From Veleropilina oligotropha (lineage: Eukaryota), in the NCBI GenBank assembly GCA_048128005.1, contig JBEUKZ010000089.1:62001-126000 (forward strand): DNA of 64,000 nucleotides, written 5' to 3'. The stretch's first letter is position 1. Each line of letters starts with the position of its first letter. Positions 55,480-64,000 of this stretch are shown here, piece after piece. The position numbers and the translations under genes are program-made. Under the pieces are notes generated by a model that was given only the letters and a program-made list of their open reading frames with translations, searched no databases and was not told the DNA's origin.

Positions 55480-57097
55480 TTGGGTTTCAGCTTCTGCGAT
55501 GACAACTTACAAATGGAAAATGAGTTTCCAGGTCCTTTCTGTCAAGCATGTAATTTATCAAGATCAATTTTAAAGGACCCACACAACATACCATTATGTT
55601 ACGACATTCCTCTCAAGAATGGTGTTATATTTGAATTAAAGTCATGCTTCGATAGTGTCAGTGATATCGCTCAAGTGATTACTGCTCTACACCCAGGATT
55701 CGAAAATATCAAATCTTCTTCAATAACAACAAAAGTATACAGATTATTCGAAGTAAAAAAAAAATTGAATGCCAAGAAAAAAGTGAATAATTGCTCGTCA
55801 ATTTCTGAACTATGTGAGCAACCCTTTGATCCCCCAAATAAATCCGTTCAGCAAGAAATTCCATTGAATGGTTGTGAAAACAGCAACACGCAAACTGAGA
55901 AACCACGTACTGTCCGCAAAGATTTGATCGATATTGAACCGGCTGTACACACTAAGCCAGTCGGCTCACATAAACCTGGTCAAAGTGAATCTTCAAACGA
56001 TTTAACTAAGGAAGTGAACTTGTATCAGCATCAATTAAATAAAAAGACAAAGCGTTTGCGAAAAGTTGAAAAGCAAGTGAACTTTGCTGAGGAAAAATTA
56101 GAATCTGAAAAATAAATTAGGACATTTTTCTGTGAAAAATGTGAATAAAAGAGATGAATCGGCTCGAAAAAAATTGAAATTGATTCGCAAGTTGCAGAGA
56201 ACTGTGTATAAACAAGAGAGGATTTTTTTAAAACTGGAAGCTGAAGTAACAGAACGTTGCGTATTGAAATCAAGAGTTAATGAATTGCAAAACATTAATG
56301 ACAGTGTAAATATTATTGTAAAAAAGAAGGTGAATGCTCAGAAGATTGCTTGTTATTATAAACTGTCGGCAATAAAATTGCGCAAACAGCTGGACAATAA
56401 TCATTGCGAGTCCGAAATTTCGAAATCGTTAAAAAAACTGTTGAAGCGAAGACTGTTCAAGTATCAGAATTAGAAACAAATGTGGAAATTTTGCAAGAAC
56501 AATTAAGTGAATTTGTTGAAACAAAATATGATGAAAAGACTTTTTCTGATAATATTCGATTGTGCATAATTGAACTGAGTGGTTTAGAAGTTGCTGTAGA
56601 AAAGGTGCCTCCTGTGATATCAACTGTATCAAAACATTTGTTCGGCCATCAATTCTTGAAATGTGAATTACCGTTAAGTTCCACAGTTCAATCGATTGTT
56701 GACGAAGGACACTTTCTTGCAAAGACATTCATATCAAAACAGCTGGCAGACACTGAAAAATTGGGGACTAAACCGCGATGGCACAACTCGCCGGAAAAGG
56801 AAAATATTAGACACAACGGTGACATTATCGTCAGGAGATATCCTCAGCTTAGGATTCAATGTGGTAGCACATGAAACAGCAGATTCAATAAACAATATTT
56901 CAAAACGACATGTTACCGAACTAGCAGAATTAAATACAAATATTGATGGTGATATTGAATATGACATTAACAACTTCATTAAATCATCATTGGAAAAGCT
57001 TGCTTTCACCATGAGTGACCGTGCTAGCAATGAAAAGAAAGTGGACAGACTACTGGATGAATGGCGTGATGGTGTGTTCAGACCTGTCAACATTTGA
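55480..57097 (+). pseudogene. N-terminal part of hATw-like transposase (coiled coil + first catalytic region), frameshifted and truncated
   Basis: Chained ORFs give FSDNIRLCIIEL..LP..STVQ..LNRDGTT..LSLG..ETA..TMSDRASNEKK, with two candidate catalytic Asp. Coding stops at ~57080. Family assignment is from motif recall plus TSD length. Confidence 0.6.
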
Positions 57098-59253
57098 TTT
57101 TGGGTGACAGGTAGATTTTGTCGCGGGCATGAATCGTGACAATACGCGGAACAATATTGTAAGTGATCACTATTAATATGGGTGTGTAATTTGCATATAT
57201 TGTTACATGTGTATATTATAATGTATTAAATAAAAATGAAATAAAATATATATTGTATAATAATTTATTATATGCCTTATATTTATATTTACATGTTATT
57301 TATATTATAATAATTATAATATATACATTATGTACATTAATAAATAAAATATACATTCACATGTACACTATACACTATTCAAGGATACACAACTGACAAG
57401 ATACATCATGTTTATCAAAACGCAACAATACAGCCTGTAACATGTGCCTACTTATGGTCTCTATTGTACATGTATGTAGCAGATTTAGCAGCCTTTAAAA
57501 CATCTTTATGTTATCAGTTATCAGTCATGATTGTCCATTACTGACAGAGATTTGTGGGTCTGTTAATCCACTCTTTCCTCCCACAATAATATGGACTATT
57601 CCCGATATGATTTGATAAGGTGCAAACTGTATAACTTGCAAGGAATGATCCATTGTATATAAGCTGCTGAATTGATGCTCTAGTTTGCTTGATTTATATT
57701 TCACAATTCAGACATATATTTGCTGATTTTTTGTTGTCTGTTGTATTTAAATCAGTTATATGATTTAATAATTACACCATTGATTCATATTGGATACGAC
57801 AATTAATATTATTATTATAATAAATTATAGATCTGTGCAGTATATATACCTTGGGCATGTATCAAAGCAACCGTTTGACAATTTTTGAATTTTACAGTAG
57901 ATTCTTCATTGCCTTACAAATAAATATATGCGAGTTGGTGGCCGAATGGTTAGAACGAAAGTGTGAAGTTTAGTTTGAGTTTGACTCCTTGGAGACAATG
58001 CCAAGTTATCAGTCATGATTGTCACTTGTCCGTAACTGACAGAGATGCGTGAGTCTATTAATCCACTCGTTATGGATTATTCCAGATATTGCCTGATAAA
58101 GGTGCGTAAAGTGAGACAAAATATGAACTGTTACAGACATCTTACAATATGACAGCTATTTTACTACTTCTGTGTAGGCCCCTATTGTATATATTTGATA
58201 TATTAATAGTGTATTTCATATCCATATTCAATTGCTCATTGTATTTTTATATGTAAATTTGGAATAATATGTATTGCTTGTATACATTTAACAAGGATAT
58301 ATTTAAATTTGAAAACTTTTAATAAAATTGAAAGTGTATTTATTGTTAATTTATAATGGTGCTACATCAAATATAATGGCAGATTTGGAATCAGCATGGT
58401 AAATGCATGATAGATACCAAATTTCATATAGATATTTCAATTATTAAAAAAGTTATGGTACATTTAAAAAAGTGCATGTCTGCGGGTCCGTGCATGTCGA
58501 TTCGTCTAATAGTACTTTTTGGTCCGAAAATTCTGGAAATCGGGCATTATTTATCAATTTCAATTGGTCGTAACTTTTTTAATACAACAGATATCTTAAA
58601 AAGGAAAAGTGTGTCATGATTCTCTTTTCCAGCTCTTTCTAGTGACAACAGATGGAATCACAGGTTCTTAAAATAATTTTTTTACGGGGTTGCTAATCAT
58701 TACGGAAAACTATAGACTGTTAGTGATAATTAAGGGTCGCTTTTATGAATTATAGTTGTCAACAAGGAAAGGAAGTAGCTCTCTACATAATCAAATTAAC
58801 GAGGTTAAGACAAAATGGACAACACAAGGCGTTACATCACGTACACTCACGAAAACTTACGTCACAGGCATTTCAACACGAATAGAACACGACACAAGAC
58901 TGAGAGCGTCGATCAATTACTGCGTTCCTTTAAATAGCTACAAATGGAGAGCCAATCAATTTTATTTGAATAATAGAGTAGACACTGCACGCTTAGACGG
59001 AAATCGCACAGGGAAATGAACATCACTAAACAGTTATCCCGAAATGTCAATTTCTACATATGCCACTCGCAATCAACCTATGGAAGGCCCACAATGCCAT
59101 ACAATTATACAACATGTCGCACAAAATCGCGACATTATCGGACGTAGTGACATCGCTGATGTCGCGATTGAGCGACACCTAGTTTTGTTAGTGAGTATGT
59201 GGCACTCTGGGCCTTCCATATGTTATCTTCTCTAGGATTACAGAAGTAAACAT

Positions 59254-61391
59254 TGAAGTGGACATTGAAATGAACATTCTCCCTTGCATTAGGAAATAGC
59301 GTTGTGCATGCGTTTGACAAACTCGCCATAGTAATTGATATGCAAATAAATTGTGCTATAAATTCATTGCCAGTCGTGGGTTGGGTCTCTTCTCCTGTGT
59401 CTGTGTACCATGTAGAATGTAGCGTTGTGTCGTTGTGGCTGGGCCATGCTTGATCTGTGTGGATGGGAGTGTTGTGGTGTCAAGGTTTGTTATATGTTAA
59501 ATTTATCCTGAAGTTCAATATGTGTTAATTTAGTTTTCTCGGCAAACAAATATTTACAATATCGATGTTATTGCTAACGGTCTTCAATTCCTACTAACCT
59601 TATCTAACTACATTACTTAGAATTAACTTATAAATACTGTAAGATGTTTATGATCTGTTATCAGAACTATCCTTATATTTAAGTGGCGCGGAAGGACAGC
59701 TTTTAGTTACGACGTCTCCTGAGAAGAATGTACTATTCGTCGTGGGCGAAATCTCATCTTCGGCTTCTATCAAAACTTAATATTCAATTGTTAAGGTCAT
59801 GTTATTAAATAAATAATTATCGACATTAGCCGTAATCACCTTGTGAAATATATATCAATCAACGAAATAACTTAATTAATTGTTAATGGTAACGTGGTTT
59901 ATTTTCTTGCGATGTGATACAAATTATTTAAAGGTGAAAGAAATAAATATTAAGGAGTGTATTCTACTCTGATTTATATTCATTACGCGGGGATGTATTA
60001 TTTTTATAGTTTATAACTCTGAATTACTTCGATGAGCAAAGTGTTTTTCGTATGCAAAAGTACGAAATAAATACCATGATTTAGTTTCCAGTCCGGTATC
60101 CTAAGCTATAGTACGCATGGTCGCATACTGGATTCTAGCTTGGTGGTGAGGGTTAATAACAACCCGTAGGGTCGTCGATATGACGGTCGTTGTTGTGACG
60201 TCGTATGGTTCGTTAGAGTCTCCGTTGACGGACGGTGAAGTCCGACGGGCTGTGTTGTCAGAGTGTGGAAGGACACTTCATTTATTATGCTCAAATTCAT
60301 CATTATCAGAGAAATTTCAAGGTAACATTTGAATTAATTGTTCTCCCCGTAGTTTATGTTAACTTACTATGAGTTTAGTCGTTGGTTGATTTTAGTTCAC
60401 AAAGCGTTGGCGTAAAGTTATATTAGCATTAATTTTACTGATGTCGTTGTACTGACTTCCAAACTTACTTATTGTTAGCGGTGCATTTATGAATCTGAAC
60501 TCTTGTCATTATATCTCGAGAAGTGTGAATTTAAATTAATCTTCAGCTTATAGGTATCGTTGTACTGACTTCCAAACTTGCCTATTGTTAGGGGTGCATT
60601 CATGAAGCTGAGTTCTTGTCATTATATCCTTAGAAGCGTGAAACTGTAATAGCCTTTGTATTATGATTGTCGTGAATATAAAATTAGTACCGTTACCTAA
60701 AATTCGATTTATTCAGCGGTGTGCTGATCTGTTAAATATTAATATGGAATAGTGAGAATTATAAAAATAAATAAATATATTAGTCTTATTACAGTTTTGT
60801 GTTTATTCATACAGAGAACAACTCGCGGGTGCTAGTTTTACTATGGAAACTTATAATGGAGGTTTTCTATAGTTTTATTGCATTGATGTTTAAAAATGTT
60901 GAAGGGGCCTGTTTGCAACGCGATATATTTTCGTAGGGATCCACGTGGCATCGTTTTCATGTTTGATCTGGGTGGAGGCGTCTATGCATAATGGTGGTGG
61001 CAGCTTAATATATAAATTTTCTGTTGTGCATTGGCTCCTCTAATCCCAGATTATTGTGGAAACTTATTTTATCGCTGTTCGAAGAGACGGACCTGTGTGG
61101 TCGTTGTGTGTTACCGGTGAGACCAGTTGCCTTGGCGTAGTCCACGTGTTCGACAACTAGGGCCCGCTACTATTCGATTTGTCGAGTTGTCGATCACGGG
61201 GGACTACTGTGATTGACTGACGTGACCTGGAGATACGATAATTGATGACCTCTGGGATCGTTGTCATCGCTTAGATTCACAAAGCATTAAGGTTAGGGTT
61301 TCTACCATGGTCCGTTGGTTCGAAGGTTTACCGTCGTTGGGCACGGGGTTTTAATCCCGTGGGGGGTGGTCCGCCCGCACGTCGCGTCACA
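59254..61391 (+). repeat. 5' LTR of Gypsy element (~2.1 kb; left end approximate)
   Basis: Ends ..CGCGTCACA just before the PBS; TATAAA at ~59357; homologous to the inverted solo LTR; internal imperfect duplication (~60443 and ~60556). Confidence 0.7.
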
Positions 61392-61393
61392 GA

Positions 61394-61411
61394 TGGTGGA
61401 AGCGGTGGGAT
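61394..61411 (+). promoter_or_regulatory. Primer-binding site, tRNA-Leu
   Basis: TGGTGGAAGCGGTGGGAT matches 17/18 the complement of a eukaryotic tRNA-Leu 3' end (TGGTGGCAGCGGTGGGAT), 2 nt after the LTR. Confidence 0.8.
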
Positions 61412-61651
61412 GATTGTTGGCCCGGGGATCAAATAAAAATAAAAAAAATTAGTTGTGAAATGGTGATAGTGGGTGGGTCCAATACTTAGAAATCATGTTA
61501 GCGGATCGAGTGCCGTGTGATACATACTGAATGTTATTGGATATAGAATCGTATATATTGCACTAACGTTACCCTTTACTAATTCCCTTGATATCGTAAA
61601 TAATTGTTTGCCGTGATATTTTCTATGTTTATTATTTGAATTATTATATTC

Positions 61652-62875
61652 ATGGCTGAATCAAGAGAATTAATGTTTCATGATCAAGTTTTTCAATTGG
61701 AAACGTTGCGACAGCAGATCGTAACATTAGAAAGTGAAATAAGAAATCAGGATACTGTTTCGTTGTCTGGTGTCCCCCCCATTAATACAAATGTATCTTG
61801 GAACCCCGCGGGAGTAATAAGTAGTGGTCAGACAAATACTGGAATAATTCATAACGGTCCAGTTCCTCCAAATTTGATATATAATCAGGATGTGACAATA
61901 TCTGCTCCCTTAAATATGAATGTACCTCCTTGTGAAAGGCCTGAAAGTAAACGGTCGGCCGACAATTATCAACCTTTAATTAACGGGTCATTTCCAGCTT
62001 TTCAGGGAAACGCCGTGTCGACGCCGTATCCTGTAATTCCTTGTCCAGTTGCGAGAACTGAAAATTACCGAACGCAGAACCGAAGTTATCCGAAGCCGGT
62101 AGTACAACCTGAAAGTTATTCCGGAAATACCAATTTTAATGACTGGCTTGCGCATTTTTCTCTATGCAAAGAGATAAATCAGTGGTCGGATTTAGAAGCG
62201 ACTCGTTTTTGGGCAGTTAAATTGCGTGGAATAGCGCTGGAAACGTATAATCATTTATCGGATGTTGAGAAAACAGAATTTACCTTGTTGACAAATGCAT
62301 TAAGATCTCGTTTTGATCCTCAACAAGCTGCGAGCCTTTACAGAGCCCAATTAAAACAAAAAAACCAGTTGCGTAACGAATCTTTATCCGAATTAGCGTC
62401 CACTATTAGACGGTTGTCGAATAATGCGTATCCGGAAGTTCCTATTGAAGTTAGAGAAGACTTGGCAAAAGAGCATTTTATTGATGCGATTTCCCATATA
62501 GAATTGCGCCGCCAGGTTCGTCGACGTCGAACCCTTACGTTTTCCGAAACAGTAAAAGTAGCGTTAGAAGAAGAGTCGTTTTTACAAATAGATGGCGAGA
62601 AATTGTATACTGATTCGCGTACGGATACCGAGCGTTTTCTTAAGGGCGAACTCTGAACTATGCAAAACAGGTTCGAATCGTTGGATCGCTCGTATAAAAC
62701 CCTTAATGATCATCTTTGCAGACAAGAATCTGTTAGGGAAAGTCCGTATCACCCAAATGTGCAATCAGAAAATAGGTCACAAGGCGAACATAGACCGTTT
62801 TCGAATAGACCTGTAAATACTAATCGTGGCTATCCTAATGATAGATCGAATGGCAGAGGTCACTCGTTAAATTAG
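61652..62875 (+). pseudogene. Gypsy gag (one in-frame TGA at 62654)
   Basis: PESYSG..W..HF..N.W..KLRG.A..L..RF..Q..NESL...A..IRRL..AYP..F capsid-like pattern; ORF 62660-62875 continues in the same frame. Confidence 0.82.
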
Positions 62876-64000
62876 GACAGACTGATGAGGGGATCGATTG
62901 TCAGTCTGTTAAGCCTGAGGTCCGAGTGGAAAATACTTCATGGGCTTTATTTTTACCAGTTAAAATAAACAATGTACAAATTAAATTCTTAATCGATTCT
63001 GGATCGGACGCGACTTTACTTGATAAACAGTTGGCCAACGAATTAATATCTTTATCAGAGCTCGAGAATTTTGATAAAACGTTGTCTAGCGCCACTTCGC
63101 AACCGATTCCGGTTTTTGGTACAACAAAATTAAAATTTACTATCGGAAAGAAAGTCGTTCAACACAGAGTAGTAATAGCGGATATCATCCCCAATGCTAT
63201 ATTGGGAATGGATTTTTTGACCGTGAATAATTGTCTTATTAACGCGGGGAATCGGACGTTAACCATACATGGCAAGTCATTTCCGCTGATTAACTCTAGA
63301 TTAAATAAAGTCTCTCGCATTGCGCTGAACGAAGATGTGATTGTGCCTCCCTTCTCCGAGATGGTGGTTAAGGGTAGAGTCAACAGACGAGATGTCACGG
63401 GCGAATTGATGATCGAACCGATTCAAGGCTTAACCTACAAACAACCAAAGATTAAGGTTGCCCGTGCATTAGTTGATGTAAATTCGTCGCACTGCGTTCC
63501 AGTTCGCATAATAAATTGCGATAATGAGGCTAAAGTAATAAAGCGTGGCACGATTATGGCCACTGCACAAACAGTGAAGATCGTAGATGAAAGTTTCGGT
63601 AACCTATCGGATTCTTCGGAGCATAGTGATTCGCTGTTAAATAACTTGATATCGGAGACGATAGAGAGAACAGCGTCTGAATATCACGAGCAAATTACCG
63701 AATTGATTCATAAACACCAGCACGTCTTTATGAAAGAAGATGGAAAATTGGGTCGAACAGACTTAATAAAACATAAAATTGATACTGGTGATGCACATCC
63801 GATTAGACAGAGAGCGTATAGAGTTCCTGTTCATAAAAAATCCGAAGCTGATAAACAGATTGAAGATATGCTAAAACAAGAGGTTATTCGTCCTTCGAAT
63901 AGCCCGTGGGCTAGTCCATTTCTCTTGGTTTCTAAAAAAGATGGGTCCTTGAGATTTTGTGTGGACTACCGGAAGTTAAATCTTGTTACTAAAAAGGATG
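62866..64000 (+). CDS. Gypsy pol N-terminus (aspartic protease and start of RT), runs off the window
   Basis: -1 frame relative to gag at [57 protein letters not shown]. No stop seen by eye. Confidence 0.9.

Larger units (their letters stand above)
50979..58695 (+). mobile_element. hAT-related DNA transposon with 7-bp TSD (hATw-like), internally truncated
   Basis: Perfect 10-bp TIR TAGCAACCCC / GGGGTTGCTA. Perfect 7-bp TSD ATCATTA at 50972-50978 and 58696-58702. Encodes a partial DDE-type protein. Confidence 0.8.
49339..59032 (-). mobile_element. Gypsy-related solo LTR (~1.97 kb net: 49339-50978 + 58703-59032), split by a hAT-like element
   Basis: TG..CA ends; flanks TTTAT/GTTAT (4/5 TSD match). 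Reverse-complement blocks match the LTR at 59254-61391 (TTCATTACGCGGGGATGTATT, GTTAATGGTAAC, TGGTGGTGGCAG, CATTGGCTCCTCT). Confidence 0.7.
47110..59250 (-). pseudogene. 5' half of an IS3EU-like integrase gene (exon pieces ~59250-59033, 49338-49200, 47363-47110)
   Basis: ..SFKAPRTKSN|GER*GPSVQISHDQLK/LRHENYTAPQMASQFKCSKQLIY..SDAELDKKVESIQRNFPNAGTV|gt. This is the GRP-HTH region that precedes 'MM.G.L...G..IQR' in this family. Splice phases match. The 59033-59250 piece is weaker. Confidence 0.65.

Noticed and set aside
58820..59425. TGTAACG (58835, -) and TGTAGCG (59418, +) as LTR starts
   Set aside because: No TSD at 58835, and LTR-to-LTR similarity plus TATA-like motifs extend further out; 59032 and ~59254 fit better.

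Overview
Eukaryotic, animal-like (probably invertebrate) DNA made almost entirely of nested transposable elements. I found no ordinary housekeeping gene. Left to right: (1) the spliced 3' half of an IS3/IS481-like DDE integrase gene (+, 287-1802). (2) A 12.7-kb Academ-type DNA transposon (TAG..CTA ends, 3-bp TSD, DDE+XPG protein), split by a 5.7-kb hAT element with a 5-bp TSD. (3) An 8.3-kb PIF/Harbinger-type element with two intact genes and a ~1.9-kb (AT)n array. (4) A five-exon HECT E3 ubiquitin-ligase domain gene (-, 26537-33369) that the ORF track mostly misses, convergent with the integrase. (5) CR1, I/Nimb (RNase H) and RTE LINEs, a 5'-truncated BEL/Pao element and a DIRS/Ngaro tyrosine-recombinase element. 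(6) The 5' half of an integrase gene of the same family on the minus strand, containing a four-tier nest (solo LTR > 7-bp-TSD hAT-like element > near-intact RTE). (7) The 5' LTR, tRNA-Leu PBS, gag and start of pol of a Gypsy element. Best candidate for an under-described system: after removing the nested insertions in silico, the intron-containing integrase and HECT ligase genes sit tail-to-tail a few kb apart, suggesting a large DNA transposon carrying a ubiquitin ligase. All family names come from motif recognition by eye; no searches were run.
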